A stretch of DNA of 64,000 bases from Oculatellaceae cyanobacterium bins.114 (GTDB lineage: Bacteria; Cyanobacteriota; Cyanobacteriia; Elainellales; Elainellaceae), in the NCBI GenBank assembly GCA_033764315.1, contig JANRJA010000160.1, forward strand, positions 10,464-74,463. Direction: 5' to 3'. Below, in pieces: positions 1-12,707 of the stretch. The notes below the pieces were generated by a model. That model was not told where the DNA came from. It saw only the letters and a list, made by a program, of their open reading frames with translations, and made no database searches. The position numbers and the translations under genes were made by a program. Numbering within the stretch: the stretch's first letter is position 1; each line of letters starts with the position of its first letter.

Positions 1-59
1 GTGGGAATACCTTCCCCTCCTCTCGTTATCCTGCTTTTTCTAGCACGACGCACAGGATG

Positions 60-1202
<1,143 letters not shown>

Positions 1203-1925
1203 TTATGATTGCAGAATTTGATAGAGATAATAGGTCGCCATTGGAATCACTGTTGCAGCTAGCAACAAACCGATGACCCAGACTGTTGCATTGCTTTCCT
1301 TGGTTTCTTCTGGGGTTGCAAAGGTGCCTTCGGTTTGAATGTTGGCCACAATGACTGGAGGACCAGGGTCAGGCTGACCCGACAAAACGGCTACGAGGCG
1401 ATCGCCCGCATCTGTAAACGCCTGATTGTACTTGTTTCCTTTACGCAAAGGAGCCAACAGAGTTTCTTGAGCCACACTGTGAGCAATCTCATCGGGCATG
1501 ATCGTTTTAACAGTATCCCCTGTCCGAATTGCCGTCGTGTTTGTCACATTGTCCAACACCAACAACGTCTGGTTTGCTTGCTCATCTGAGCTTGGGAACC
1601 ACTTCTCAAAGAGTTGATTAGTAAAACTCTCAATGGTTTCGCCATAATCTAGACGATGAATCGTGACCAGCCTGACCTCATTGCCCGTCTGCTTTGCCAA
1701 ATTGTCTAAAGTCCCGCTCACAGTTCCTTCAGTGAGACGGCTTAAAATATCTGCCTCATCTATCACCCAATCTCCTGTTGCAGGTTTCAAAGGAAAGTCA
1801 TAGACACCCGTTGCATGAGCAGGAGCCACACTTAAATAAAGTGGCAACAACAGCCCAATCAAAACGACGGACAAGACTTGGAGCTTAGCTTGCAACTGAG
1901 ATAGGGAAGTGAGGAAAGAGGCCAT
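1203..1925 (-). CDS. psb32: Photosystem II repair protein Psb32 (TPM domain)
   Basis: Signal peptide ending AHA-TGVYD, TPM domain (VTIHRLDYGE, NKYNQAF), C-terminal TM with ATVIPMATY. Confidence 0.85.
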   Translation of the reverse strand: MASFLTSLSQLQAKLQVLSVVLIGLLLPLYLSVAPAHATGVYDFPLKPATGDWVIDEADILSRLTEGTVSGTLDNLAKQTGNEVRLVTIHRLDYGETIESFTNQLFEKWFPSSDEQANQTLLVLDNVTNTTAIRTGDTVKTIMPDEIAHSVAQETLLAPLRKGNKYNQAFTDAGDRLVAVLSGQPDPGPPVIVANIQTEGTFATPEETKESNATVWVIGLLLAATVIPMATYYLYQILQS

Positions 1926-2048
1926 GCTGTGTATTTAAGTACTTTTTTCTCAAAATACTATAGATTTATATGCAAATAAATAGCTAAAGGTAGATGTCAA
2001 CTCTATTGCTAGCAAATTCTTTTTGGCACCGTTACTTGAATGATTTGT

Positions 2049-2678
2049 TCATCCGACTCCATTGCCTTCCTTGCCATAGGCTTGCCAAGCTAGATCGACT
2101 AACCCATTCATAATGGCGGAAGCCACGACTGCACTCCCTTTGCGTCCCTCAATCCGAATGTGAGGAATCAAAGAATCTTTGAGCCGTTGCACCGCCTCAT
2201 CCACTCCCACAAATCCAGCAGGAGTGCCCACGACCAAGGCCGGACGAATCTCTTCTGATTCGATCAAGTCAACGATTACGGTTAAGGCAGTTTGGGCTTC
2301 TCCTACGACAAAAATTCCTTCAGGATATCGCTTTGCCAGGGTTTCAATACCCCAAGCTGCCTTTGTTTTTTCTCGTTGCGGACGGGTTAGCGCATCCATA
2401 CTGCAATAAACCGGATTTGAGAACGTGCTTTGAATATTGGGAGTAATGCCCACTTGCACCATTGGCACATCGACCACAATGGTGCTGCGAGCAGCTAAGG
2501 CTGCCGCTCCAGCTTGTAAAGCCTGATCTGCAAATCGAATTAAGGATTTGTACTCAAAATCAGCCGTTGCATAAATCACTCGTCGTACGATTTCGTACTC
2601 AGAGGGAGAAAATGCATGTTCGCCAATTTCCCGATCAATAATCCTCAAGCTTTGAGCGTCAGTGACGTGCCACTCCAT
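2049..2678 (-). CDS. cobH: Precorrin-8X/cobalt-precorrin-8 methylmutase
   Basis: RRVIYATADF, DVPMV, GTPAGFV, GRKGSAVVA motifs of CobH/CbiC. Confidence 0.85.
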   Translation of the reverse strand: MEWHVTDAQSLRIIDREIGEHAFSPSEYEIVRRVIYATADFEYKSLIRFADQALQAGAAALAARSTIVVDVPMVQVGITPNIQSTFSNPVYCSMDALTRPQREKTKAAWGIETLAKRYPEGIFVVGEAQTALTVIVDLIESEEIRPALVVGTPAGFVGVDEAVQRLKDSLIPHIRIEGRKGSAVVASAIMNGLVDLAWQAYGKEGNGVG

Positions 2679-2762
2679 GAACTCCCCTGAAAAATTTGGT
2701 CATCCCATTCTAGACCTTCATTAGACCTTAAATAGGCATAGATTCCAAGCAAAATATATTGC

Positions 2763-3563
2763 TTATGTTTCTGAAGTGGATGTGGTGAACATGGGCGAGA
2801 GGTAAGCCACCAATGCACCTAGCACAAAACCCGCAACATTACGCAGCAAAGGCAACCAATCGGCAGTACGAGTGACCACAGGGCCAATGCCGAAGGCAAT
2901 AAAGAGAATGCCCCAGAGGGGTGAAAAAATTAACGCCCATTGCCAAGAAAAAGCTTTGCCAGGTTGACGCGGGTGGGCGGCAAAGCCAAAAATCACGCCA
3001 CCCACTATCGAGGTAATGAGAGTGAGAATCCACTGCTCTTTTGGCAATCCTGGGACAACATTGCATCCTCCTTGCCGCAAGCAAGCCTCAACGGACTCTA
3101 AGGCCCCTAAGATAGAGCCGTCTTCCCCATTTTCACGGACAAAAAATTGATTGCCATAGCGAGTTTGCAACTCAATCCAAAAGGTGCGAGGCAAGAACTT
3201 ATAAAAGGCATCTCCCACACTAAAGTTGAGGAGGTTGCCCCCACGGGGATCAGCCACGAGTAAAACGCTTTTTTCGTCGAGATTCCAAAACTCTTTAACC
3301 GCACGCCCAGGGGTTCGATCAAATTGAGTCAACACCCGCAGTTTCCAGCCTGTTTCTGCTTCAAATGCTTTGAGATGCTCATCTAAATCTGCTTGCTGAA
3401 TCGTGGTTAGTGAGTCAGCCAGGTCAATGATATTGGTAGGGGCATTGGGCAATAAATCGGGATTGTCGTAGGCATAAGCCGCAGGGGCGATCGCCCAGCT
3501 GATAAGCGATAGAGCAGCAATGGCAACGTAAATGATAATTTTATTGACGAAGAATTTTAACAT
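2763..3563 (-). CDS. TPM-domain thylakoid membrane protein
   Basis: Signal peptide, YDNPDLLP, GWKLRVLTQ, FWIELQTRYGNQFFVRENG, three C-terminal TM helices. Confidence 0.75.
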   Translation of the reverse strand: MLKFFVNKIIIYVAIAALSLISWAIAPAAYAYDNPDLLPNAPTNIIDLADSLTTIQQADLDEHLKAFEAETGWKLRVLTQFDRTPGRAVKEFWNLDEKSVLLVADPRGGNLLNFSVGDAFYKFLPRTFWIELQTRYGNQFFVRENGEDGSILGALESVEACLRQGGCNVVPGLPKEQWILTLITSIVGGVIFGFAAHPRQPGKAFSWQWALIFSPLWGILFIAFGIGPVVTRTADWLPLLRNVAGFVLGALVAYLSPMFTTSTSET

Positions 3564-3842
3564 TGGTGAATTTGAAGCGATTCTTTGCAGATCAGAGATG
3601 GCTAACAGCCCACAAATGTAAAGGTTAACTGAGAAACGCTTTACACTTGTTTACCTTAACCTAATACTAATCATACTAGGAATGCAAAGCGAGGCAGTCA
3701 ATCCTCATTTCAATAAATCTTCGTGAGTGAGGGAGATTGTCATTCCAGATTAGGCCAAATCGATCTTGCAACCCCTTTTTAATCAGGGTTTCAAAACACC
3801 AGTCTGACTTGATCTCGCGATCGCTCGTTTGAGGTCAATGCC

Positions 3843-4505
3843 TTATAGTTCTTCAACCCGTTGCCACTGCGTTGCCGCTGCATCAGGGGTGGCATCAGAG
3901 TTGGTTTGCTCTAGATAATAATAGGGGTCTTCATCGTCGAGGTCAGTGTCTGAGCCTGAGTCTGGCAAATCATAGTCAGTTAAATCTTCTGATTGCTCTA
4001 ATGGCTCAGCTAGGTCTGAAAAAGAGTCGTCTGAGTAAAACTCTCGGGATGGTGAGGAGCCATATAACGGATACGGGGCATCAGAGGTAAGGGGCGATCG
4101 CTCCGATTGGGTCAGTCGCCCTTCAGATCGGCGAGATGAAGTAGGACGCTTAAATGCTCTCCAAGCGGCTTTGAACCCAACCACTAAACTGCGAGTCGTG
4201 AGTTGCGCTTTTTTGGCCTGCTTTTTGACCCCTCTCAAACTGTCGTCAAACTGTTTAACGACTCGCCCTGCACTTTGAACACCGTCACTGACATCATCAG
4301 TCAAGTCGCTAATCTCCATGCCTGTCAGTCGAATCGCTTCTAAGGTTGGGGGCAACTCTCGACTCAGGGTGTCAAACAGCTTTTCGGCACTGCGGGCGGC
4401 TCGTGCCAACTCTCGCAATGCCGGAAGGGCTGCAACTAGAACTGCCGTTAAGCTGACAGCGACAAATAGGATGGACAGTCCTAACCAAAACAGGGGATCA
4501 ACCAC
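3843..4505 (-). CDS. DUF948/YtxG-like membrane-anchored coiled-coil protein
   Basis: DPLFWLGLS..TM, then ELARAARSAEKLFDTLSRELPPTLEAIRLTG; probable GTG start at 4505 (ORF track extends to 4535). Confidence 0.7.
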   Translation of the reverse strand: MVDPLFWLGLSILFVAVSLTAVLVAALPALRELARAARSAEKLFDTLSRELPPTLEAIRLTGMEISDLTDDVSDGVQSAGRVVKQFDDSLRGVKKQAKKAQLTTRSLVVGFKAAWRAFKRPTSSRRSEGRLTQSERSPLTSDAPYPLYGSSPSREFYSDDSFSDLAEPLEQSEDLTDYDLPDSGSDTDLDDEDPYYYLEQTNSDATPDAAATQWQRVEEL

Positions 4506-4617
4506 AATCGTTTGCTTGTACCAAGCTAGAACCACAGAAATTGATAATAGGCAATGCCGTTGAGTGTGAAACCTTGAAGCTCACCCAACGCCATCGCCCA
4601 ATTTTAGCAATGCCCGT

Positions 4618-4974
4618 TTACGAGCCACGAACACTGGAACGAGATTCTGGAGTGGGTTTTGGCTCACTCGATATGATCTGTTGGCGATCGCGTTGACTGG
4701 CTTCTAACCCAGCGGCGATCGCTTCTCGTAATCGACCCAACGTGCCATCCCAATTGCGAACCGCTGACTCTGACAGACGGTCTGCCTGTAACTGCACACT
4801 GCTAGATAAATCCTCAGCCAACTCTGGTAAGGCATCAGCTGATTTTTTGAGAAATTGACGGGTTTCTCGCCCAGAACGAGGAGCTAACAGCAACCCTGCA
4901 ACAGTGCCTGCTGCGGCACCGATGAGCATTCCTCCAAAAAACCAGCCCGCTCCACCATTGCTATTATCTGACAT
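4618..4974 (-). CDS. YtxH domain-containing protein
   Basis: FFGGMLIGAAAGTVAGLLLAPRSGRETR is the YtxH signature. Confidence 0.8.
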   Translation of the reverse strand: MSDNSNGGAGWFFGGMLIGAAAGTVAGLLLAPRSGRETRQFLKKSADALPELAEDLSSSVQLQADRLSESAVRNWDGTLGRLREAIAAGLEASQRDRQQIISSEPKPTPESRSSVRGS

Positions 4975-5119
4975 GTTTTAGCCCCTACTTTGACCGATAT
5001 CACATGCGCCTGCAATACTGCCCATGATAAAAGTTCATGGCAGAAATAGAAATCAATTTTTTTAGAGGGTGGCTGCTTGATCAAAGCCTCCAATCCACAG
5101 TAATCAACCCTTGCCCCTA

Positions 5120-5470
5120 TTATCGCTGCTGCCATTTTCGTTGGATGCCAGATTTCTGCCGCTTAGACGAGGGGCGTTGTCGCCAGAAGGGTAGCTGCGC
5201 TGTGGGTAATTGCCCTAAGCTGCTGACCAGTGCCAAAATTTGCTGTACCTTTTGCAGTTGTTGCGTTTGTTGTCTTACCTGATACACTCCCAATTGACCT
5301 TTGATAATGGCATTTGGGGCATTATTCAACACCCGATGAGTATTGCGCTCAGCGGCAATTAGACTATCGGCGATCGTCGCTAAAGCTTGCCGCAACCGCC
5401 ACACTCGCCAAGCTGCATAGAGACACGCTAAACCAATCAGGCTATTGAGAATAACAACAACAGTCACCAT
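5120..5470 (-). CDS. Hypothetical membrane protein
   Basis: N-terminal TM (MVTVVVILNSLIGLACLYAAW) then helical region; ATG at 5470 preferred; co-oriented with ytxH-like gene. Confidence 0.65.
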   Translation of the reverse strand: MVTVVVILNSLIGLACLYAAWRVWRLRQALATIADSLIAAERNTHRVLNNAPNAIIKGQLGVYQVRQQTQQLQKVQQILALVSSLGQLPTAQLPFWRQRPSSKRQKSGIQRKWQQR

Positions 5471-5743
5471 GAGGGCGAGGACAAGACAATATAAATATAA
5501 GGATGTGAATAGAAAATGAGTTTTCCTATTTGCACCATACTGACACATTAAGCCTGACACATTAAGTTTATGAGTACGAAGCCTAGAGAGGAGTCAGAGG
5601 GTATGAGATTATGCCAGAGGGCGTAATGACACCCCACAGAACACCCATAGATATGGTTTGAGAGACAGCTTAGATACAACACTGCTTTAGATACAGCATT
5701 GCTTTAGATAAAATATTGTCTTTGTGTTTGTAGAGAGGAATCG

Positions 5744-8710
5744 ATGACGCAATCGCCAACGTCACCAGTATTTTATGTCAATCCAGTTCAGGGTAACGAC
5801 AATGCCAATGGTACTCAGGGCAGCCCTTATCGAACTATTACACGAGCCTTACGACAGGCGACCTCTGGCAGTGTCATTCGACTGGCCGCCGGAAACTATA
5901 CGGCTACTAATGGTGAGGTGTTTCCAATTGTGATTCCAGCGGGAGTCACCATTATTGGAGATGAAGCCCAAAAAGGGAATGGCATCTTGATTGATGGAGG
6001 TGGTGAATATGTCAGTCCTACCTTTAACCGTCAAAACATTACCTTTCGACCTGACAACAATGCTCAGTTGCGGGGAGTGATGGTGGTTAACCGAGCCACG
6101 CGTGGTACTGGGGTGTGGATTGAGTCAACCAATCCAGTCATCGCCAACAATATTTTTGTTACCTGCGGGCGAGAAGGCGTATTTGTCACCGGGAACGCCA
6201 CCCCAGATATCTCTGACAACATCTTTCAGCGCAATGCAGCCAGTGGAATTTCTCTGGTTCGTAATGCCAAAGGCGATATTCGCCGTAACCTTTGTCAAAA
6301 TACGGGCTATGGCATTGCCATCAGTGACAATGCTGCCCCTCTCTTGATTGGCAATCAAGTTGTTGAAAATCGTGCTGGAGTAGTGATTTCAGGAGCAGCT
6401 CGACCCGTTTTGCGGAGTAATCGAATTGAGCGGAATACCAGTGACGGATTAGTCGTTACTAATGCGGCGGTTCCCGATTTGGGTCGCACTCAAGATCCAG
6501 GGAATAACTCACTTCAACGAAATGGGGCGACTGATCTGCGCAACGATACAGCTGTAGCTCTTTTATCAGTGGGAAATCAAGTGGATCCGGCGCGAGTGAG
6601 CGGGGCTGTCAATTTTATTGCCAGCGAAGTGCCACCCTCAAGCCCAACTCCAGTACCGACACCGCAACCAGTACCGACACCGCAACCAGTACCCACGCCC
6701 TTGCCAAGAACGCTGTTGACTGACATTACAGGGCATTGGGCAGAGGCATTTATTCAAGCATTGGTGGCTCGAGGTGCTATAGGTGGGTTTCCAGACAACA
6801 CATTTAGACCAGAGGCCAGTCTGACACGGGTGCAATATGCGGCGGCGATCGCCAAAGCGTTTAACCTGGCGGCAAGACAACCCAGCAGCCAATTTGTAGA
6901 TGTCCCTGCTAATTTTTGGGGAACAGCGGCGATCGCCAGAGCCGAGGAAATGGGGTTCATTGCAGGTTTCCCGGATGGCACCTTTCGGCCTAATCAAAAT
7001 CTGACTCGCGTGCAAACCCTTGTTTCCTTGGTGAGTGGTTTGGGGTTGACTGGGGGTAACCCAAACTCGCTAGATGCCTACAGCGATCGCGCTCAAATTC
7101 CCAGCTATGCCATTAATGCTGTCGCTACTGCGACTCAGCGACGCATCGTCGTCAATCATCCTCAAGTTGGGCAACTAGAACCGATGGTTGATGTTACCCG
7201 AGCTGAGGTTGCCGCCATGATCTATCAGGCACTGGTGTCTGTGGGTCAAGCGAGAGCGATTCCTTCGCCTTACATTGTGCAACCCGATATTACAGCTCCG
7301 TCCTTTGCTGACTTAGAGGGGTATTGGGCATCCGAGTTTATTCGAGCTTTGGCCAGTCAAGGCTTTATTAGCGGCTTTGCCGATGGCACTTTTAGACCTG
7401 ACACCGAAATGACGCGGGCTCAATATGCCATATTGCTGGTCAATACGTTTAATCCCACTCCCAAACGCCCTGCTGTTGCCTTTGTGGATGTTCCAGATAA
7501 CTTTTGGGCCGCTGCTGCGATTCGACGGGCTTATCAAGGAGGACTGCTATCAGGAGCCGCTGATGGCACGTTTCAACCCAATCAAAACGTGTCGCGAATT
7601 CAAGTCCTTTTATCGTTAGCCAATGGCTTGCAATTACCCAGTGGGGATCAAACGATCTTGAGATGGTATGAAGATGAGGCGGCGATCCCCACGGTGGCAC
7701 GAGGGGCAGTTGCTAGTGCGACGACCAATCGTGTTGTTGTCAATTTTCCCCAGATTCGGCAACTCAATCCTAATCGGGCTGCAACCCGCGGAGAAGTAGC
7801 TGCGCTGGTATATCAAGCCGTGGTCTATTTGGGGCGATCGCCTGCAATCAGTTCCCCTTACATTGTCGATCCACAGCGACCTAATGATCCCGCTTCTCGT
7901 AATCCTGCTCCGTCTCCCTCACCTCGTCCCACGACTCCATCTCCATCCCCTGCCCCTTCACCCAACCCGTTACCGCGTTCGGTTGCTCCATCTCCAACTC
8001 CGACTCCATCCCCTAATCCGTTACCGCGTTCGGTTGTTCCGTCTCCAACTCCAACGCCTGCCCCAACTCCTAGTCCTACGCCAAATCCGTTACCTCGGTC
8101 GGTCGTGCCCACCCCGTTGCCATCTCCCGCTCCACCTCCACTCCCTCGCCCACCGAGCTTACTGATCATGCTAGATCCAGGGCATGGAGGCAGTGATCCC
8201 GGTGCCATCGGCATTGAGGGGTTGCGAGAAAAAGATATTGTCTTGGGGATCGCCCAAGAGGTCGCCACTCTCTTAACTCAACGAGGTGTTAAGACAGCCC
8301 TGACCCGCGATGGAGATGAAGATTTAGAACTAAACCCACGGGTGCAGATTGCAGAACAAGCGAGAGCAGATTTATTTGTCAGCATTCATGCCAACTCCAT
8401 TAACCTCGATCGCCCTGAAGTTAACGGATTAGAAACCTATCACTATCCTGGTTCAACGCGCAGTGCAAGTCTGGCTCAAGCCATTCAAACTAGCATTCTC
8501 AATACAATTCAAGTTCGCGATCGGGGCGTGCGGCAAGCTAACTTTTATGTCCTCAAAAATACATCTATGCCTGCTGTCTTGATCGAGGTTGGGTTTGTCA
8601 CTGGACAAGAAGATGCTGTCAAGTTATCTCAACCCGCCTATCGCAGACAAATGGCAGAGGCGATCGCCAATGGCATTGTCCACTATGCCAGTGAGATGAC
8701 CCGCGGGTAG
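5744..8710 (+). CDS. DUF1565 beta-helix / SLH-repeat / N-acetylmuramoyl-L-alanine amidase (Amidase_3) protein
   Basis: [18 protein letters not shown] and parallel beta-helix repeats; two SLH triplets ([20 protein letters not shown]); Pro-rich linkers; [18 protein letters not shown] amidase motifs. Confidence 0.85.
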   Translation: MTQSPTSPVFYVNPVQGNDNANGTQGSPYRTITRALRQATSGSVIRLAAGNYTATNGEVFPIVIPAGVTIIGDEAQKGNGILIDGGGEYVSPTFNRQNITFRPDNNAQLRGVMVVNRATRGTGVWIESTNPVIANNIFVTCGREGVFVTGNATPDISDNIFQRNAASGISLVRNAKGDIRRNLCQNTGYGIAISDNAAPLLIGNQVVENRAGVVISGAARPVLRSNRIERNTSDGLVVTNAAVPDLGRTQDPGNNSLQRNGATDLRNDTAVALLSVGNQVDPARVSGAVNFIASEVPPSSPTPVPTPQPVPTPQPVPTPLPRTLLTDITGHWAEAFIQALVARGAIGGFPDNTFRPEASLTRVQYAAAIAKAFNLAARQPSSQFVDVPANFWGTAAIARAEEMGFIAGFPDGTFRPNQNLTRVQTLVSLVSGLGLTGGNPNSLDAYSDRAQIPSYAINAVATATQRRIVVNHPQVGQLEPMVDVTRAEVAAMIYQALVSVGQARAIPSPYIVQPDITAPSFADLEGYWASEFIRALASQGFISGFADGTFRPDTEMTRAQYAILLVNTFNPTPKRPAVAFVDVPDNFWAAAAIRRAYQGGLLSGAADGTFQPNQNVSRIQVLLSLANGLQLPSGDQTILRWYEDEAAIPTVARGAVASATTNRVVVNFPQIRQLNPNRAATRGEVAALVYQAVVYLGRSPAISSPYIVDPQRPNDPASRNPAPSPSPRPTTPSPSPAPSPNPLPRSVAPSPTPTPSPNPLPRSVVPSPTPTPAPTPSPTPNPLPRSVVPTPLPSPAPPPLPRPPSLLIMLDPGHGGSDPGAIGIEGLREKDIVLGIAQEVATLLTQRGVKTALTRDGDEDLELNPRVQIAEQARADLFVSIHANSINLDRPEVNGLETYHYPGSTRSASLAQAIQTSILNTIQVRDRGVRQANFYVLKNTSMPAVLIEVGFVTGQEDAVKLSQPAYRRQMAEAIANGIVHYASEMTRG

Positions 8711-9116
8711 AGGTGTAGAAGGGACGCACATCAATGGCGGGCTAACCCACAACATCTACTCAAGTGGACTGAAATCTACTCTAAGGCTGCTGGAGTAGAC
8801 TTCACCATTAGCCCACAACTTTTAGTCGCAGACGAAATGGAGCAAAGGTAAAGCTTGTCTTGACCTAAAAATCTGGATATACCCCAGTGGCAGGGTTAAT
8901 GGTCTACTCAATGGGTCTCTCAAAAGCCAAGACACTCGCATTTAGACTGATGCAAATGTACTTGGCTTGGCTGAGTGACTTTTGCTAGAGAGATTGAGGC
9001 ACATCAATGCTTACTTCTCTAATATGATCCCTGACTCTTAATCATCACTACCGACCGTTGAACAAATGATGGGAATATAAATTAAGGTCACAATAAGTGT
9101 TTGACAAGGAAATGTT

Positions 9117-9452
9117 ATGGCTGAGATTCAATTTTCACGCGGCGTGACGGAGGAAGTTATCCCTGATGTACGATTGCGACGCTCTAAAGATGGCACTAAT
9201 GGCACGGCTGTTTTTTATTTCCAAAGCCCCAAAGCGTTGAGTAACGATAGCACTCAAGAGATTACTGGGATGTATCTGGTTGACGAAGAGGGCGAGCTAG
9301 TGACTCGAGAAGTCAAAGCAAAATTTATCAACGGTCAGCCAGACGCCCTTGAAGCCGTTTATGTCATGAAGAGTGTCGAAGATTGGGATCGCTTTATTCG
9401 TTTTATGGAGCGATATGCTGAAGGGCACGATTTAGGATTTAACAAAAGCTAG
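9117..9452 (+). CDS. psb28: Photosystem II reaction centre protein Psb28
   Basis: [44 protein letters not shown]. Confidence 0.95.
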   Translation: MAEIQFSRGVTEEVIPDVRLRRSKDGTNGTAVFYFQSPKALSNDSTQEITGMYLVDEEGELVTREVKAKFINGQPDALEAVYVMKSVEDWDRFIRFMERYAEGHDLGFNKS

Positions 9453-9472
9453 GATTTAAACAAGACTTAGTT

Positions 9473-9991
9473 ATGGCTCATCGTCCTCATCCCGATGCTT
9501 ATCCTATTGTTGTTCATTGTGCGGTCATTACTGTCAGCGATACTCGCACAATCGAGACTGATCGCAGTGGTCAACTCATTCAGCAGTTGCTTCGGGATGC
9601 TGGACACTTTATCGTGACCTACGAGATTGTGCCAGATGAACCAGAAAAAATTGGGACTCAGGTACAAACCTTGTGTAATCAGGCTGATATAGAAGCGATT
9701 ATTTTAAATGGTGGAACGGGGATCGCACCTCGCGATACGACCTATGATGCGATCGAACGCTTACTAGAAAAGGTTTTACCTGGATTTGGTGAAATATTTC
9801 GGGGATTGAGTTATCAAGAAATTGGCTCACGAGCAATGGCTTCACGGGCGATCGCAGGAGTACGTCATGCCACACTTATATTCTCGCTGCCAGGGTCTAC
9901 TAATGCAGTTCGACTGGCTATTGAAAAGCTAATTCTGCCAGAGCTAACGCATTTAACCCAACAACTCAAAGGCACTTCTGCGTCAAGCTAA
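9473..9991 (+). CDS. moaB: Molybdenum cofactor biosynthesis protein, MoaB/MogA family
   Basis: ITVSDTR, DRSG, IVPDE, GGTGIAPRDTT, LPGFGE, SLPGS. Confidence 0.85.
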   Translation: MAHRPHPDAYPIVVHCAVITVSDTRTIETDRSGQLIQQLLRDAGHFIVTYEIVPDEPEKIGTQVQTLCNQADIEAIILNGGTGIAPRDTTYDAIERLLEKVLPGFGEIFRGLSYQEIGSRAMASRAIAGVRHATLIFSLPGSTNAVRLAIEKLILPELTHLTQQLKGTSASS

Positions 9992-10028
9992 ATTCCGGTG
10001 AGCAATTCCCGTTTTGACTGTAGAAAAC

Positions 10029-10057
10029 AAATCAGGGAGGCACTGCCTCCCTGATTT
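10029..10057. terminator. Bidirectional intrinsic terminator
   Basis: aaatcagggaggca-c-tgcctccctgattt hairpin between convergent moaB and ctp genes. Confidence 0.7.
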
Positions 10058-10091
10058 CAATTAATTCAATTCATTCAGAGTACCAGAACTC

Positions 10092-11444
10092 CTATCTCAA
10101 GCTCTGCTGAGAATCATTGGATGGAGCCCCTGAGGTGATTTGATGACGTGCTTGTGGATTAGAACGATTGGCTAGAATGTCTTCTCGCAAGGCTGAAACA
10201 GCGGCTGAATATTGGGGATCAGCCGTTGTTCCGATCAATGTTGGAGTGGTTGATAACTCCTGTCGTTGAGCATCGGTCAACTCAATTTGCACATCAGGCG
10301 CGATCCCACGATGGCTAATGTCGGTGCCAGCAGGGGTATAGTAGTGTGCGATCGTGACGGCTAAACCAGAGCCATCTGATAGAGAGTGAACAGACTGGAC
10401 GAGTGCTTTACCAAAGGTTTGAGTTCCAACAACGGTAGCTCGCTCGTTATCCATCAATGCTCCGGTCAAGATCTCGCTAGAACTAGCAGAACTGCCATCC
10501 ACTAACAGTGCCAGAGGGAGGTTAGTGATAGCCGTGTGATTGGCTGCAATCTCTTCGCTTGCCCCTACTCGGTCTACCGTACGAACGATCGAACCACTGC
10601 CAAGCCACATACGAGCGATGTCAATACTAGCTTGTAGCAAGCCACCAGGGTTGCCTCTCAAATCGAGCACAAAAGCTTCTGCTCCCTGCTCGGATAAGTC
10701 AGAAATGGCACGACGCATTTGACTGGCGGCATGAGCACTAAACTCGTTTAAGCGGATGTAGCCGATTCGAGTGTTGCCATCTTGTTGAAGGCTATAGCGA
10801 ACGGTTGGCAGTTCAATGCGTGCCCGAACCAGAGGTAAATCAAAGGCATCTTCTCCTTCCCGTTGAATTCGGAGGGTAATGCGAGTGCCAACTTCTCCAC
10901 GAATCATGTTAGAAGCATCTTCAACACTCATGCCTTCGGTGGACTTGCCATCAATGGCCAAAATGCGATCGCCCGCTCGAATGCCTGCGGTTGAAGCAGG
11001 AGAATTAGGAATTGGCTCTACAACTGCCAGTGCACCCGCTTCTTCAAGGGCTTGAAGGCGAATGCCTACCCCAGACAACTCACCCGATGTTTGGCTGGTC
11101 AGTTGGTCATATTGCCTGGGATCCATGAAGCGAGTGTAGGGATCATTCAGTTGCTCTAACGCTTCGCGTAAAGCATTATAGGCTTCTTCTTGAGACGCAT
11201 AGTCACGGCTCAACAGCTCATGGCGCACCGTTTGCCAATCCACGCTGTTGAATGTGGTATCAACATATTCTCGATTTACGATTTGCCAGGCTTCGTCCAG
11301 GATTGCCTTAGGGCTATCGCTAAGTGAGGCTTGAACCGAAGGACTAAGAGCAGGGCTGAGTAGAGAGACGGTTGTGGTAGCAGCGATCGCTCCACCAAAC
11401 AGCACTGTATGTAGCAGATGGGAAAGTCTGAAAGGGTGCTTCAT
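10092..11444 (-). CDS. ctpB: Carboxyl-terminal processing protease, S41 family (CtpB-like)
   Basis: DPYTRF, PDZ domain, LDLRGNPGG, SASSSEI (catalytic Ser), TFGKALVQ; paralog identity (CtpA/B/C) is inferred. Confidence 0.8.
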   Translation of the reverse strand: MKHPFRLSHLLHTVLFGGAIAATTTVSLLSPALSPSVQASLSDSPKAILDEAWQIVNREYVDTTFNSVDWQTVRHELLSRDYASQEEAYNALREALEQLNDPYTRFMDPRQYDQLTSQTSGELSGVGIRLQALEEAGALAVVEPIPNSPASTAGIRAGDRILAIDGKSTEGMSVEDASNMIRGEVGTRITLRIQREGEDAFDLPLVRARIELPTVRYSLQQDGNTRIGYIRLNEFSAHAASQMRRAISDLSEQGAEAFVLDLRGNPGGLLQASIDIARMWLGSGSIVRTVDRVGASEEIAANHTAITNLPLALLVDGSSASSSEILTGALMDNERATVVGTQTFGKALVQSVHSLSDGSGLAVTIAHYYTPAGTDISHRGIAPDVQIELTDAQRQELSTTPTLIGTTADPQYSAAVSALREDILANRSNPQARHQITSGAPSNDSQQSLR

Positions 11445-11990
11445 CGAGGTGACCGGGGTTGGCTAACGAGAATTAAAGATTTTGAATAGATAGATGGCAC
11501 AGGCAGAGGAGACGTTTAAGCTGAAACAGAATTTGAGTAGGGCAAATGAGAGGACTTGAGCAAGCCGCTATCTCAAACCATTCTGCTTTATCCTCTTAGA
11601 TCCCGGATATATTTAGCTGGAGCATTGGCTACAAGATACCCAAGTAGCTAGATGAAACCGAGCTAATGATGTGCCAGTTTCCTAGACTGTCCTCATCCAA
11701 AAGATAGTTTTCGGGTAAGCCGCAACAGTCTTCGGATAGATAATCAAAAACTTTCTAGATAATCTAACCTTTATAGATTCTCAGATCCCAGGAGTTATTA
11801 ACGAAAATTTACGAACTTTTTAAATAGTTATCAAAATATATTGTCACTTCCTTGAAGACAGGTTTTAAGCGTCTCATTTAGTTGCTTAATTGCACTGGTT
11901 GAACTCCTTAAAAATCCTATTTAGGGGCAGTCGAAACTGTCGAATATGGACTAGGGTAGCTAGGGAAAATGTAGTGCCTTGGGGAAATGG

Positions 11991-12707
11991 ATGACTCAAT
12001 ATAATCGGACTCAACGTCAAAAACCCCGCTTTAGAAGAGCAATTACATCTAGACATGCTCGTAGGATCATCAAAACCTTGCAACTTGGATTGGGGATCGG
12101 TGCTGTCGTTGGTCTGGGTTGGTTGTTGATGGTGATTATCACACTGCGATCGGCAGCGGCGGCTCCAGTGGACGCGCTATTGGTGCTGGGTGGCAGTATT
12201 AAACGAGAGATTTACGTCGCTGAACTGGCGAAACAGTATCCTGATGTTCCAGTTTTGATTTCTAAGGGATCTCAAGATCCTTGCATTCGGCTGATCTTTG
12301 AGCGAGCTGCAACTCCGCTAGAGCAGGTCTGGTTAGAAAAATGTGCTGACTCAACGTTTAGCAATTTTTTCTTTAGCACCCCTATTCTAGAGCGATGGAA
12401 AGCGCGTAAGGTAAAATTAATCACATCTGAAAATCATCTACCTAGAGCCTTATGGTTGGGGCAAATTTTATTAGGCTCACATGGTATTTGGGTTGAGCCA
12501 GATATTGTTGTTGAAGAAGGAATTCCAGGTAATCAAGAATCGTGGCTTAAAACAACGATCGATATAGGACGTGCCCTAGTCTGGGCTGTGGTAGGTCAGT
12601 TCTATCAGCCCCAGTGCGATCGCCTGACCCAATTGACAACCGTTGACCTTGACGAGTGGCAACAGCGAGGGTTTGATTGTGAGCATCAGGGTAATCTAGG
12701 AGTGTGA
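11991..12707 (+). CDS. YdcF/DUF218 family protein
   Basis: TM segment, LVLGGS, STFSNF, LITSENHLPRA. Confidence 0.75.
   Translation: MTQYNRTQRQKPRFRRAITSRHARRIIKTLQLGLGIGAVVGLGWLLMVIITLRSAAAAPVDALLVLGGSIKREIYVAELAKQYPDVPVLISKGSQDPCIRLIFERAATPLEQVWLEKCADSTFSNFFFSTPILERWKARKVKLITSENHLPRALWLGQILLGSHGIWVEPDIVVEEGIPGNQESWLKTTIDIGRALVWAVVGQFYQPQCDRLTQLTTVDLDEWQQRGFDCEHQGNLGV

Noticed and set aside
7858..8268. 136-aa Gly-rich ORF on the minus strand
   Set aside because: Antisense shadow of the Pro-rich amidase linker
11711..11722. ttttcgggtaag shared with the reverse strand near 63530-63541
   Set aside because: A single 12-mer match between two sites can occur by chance in 64 kb
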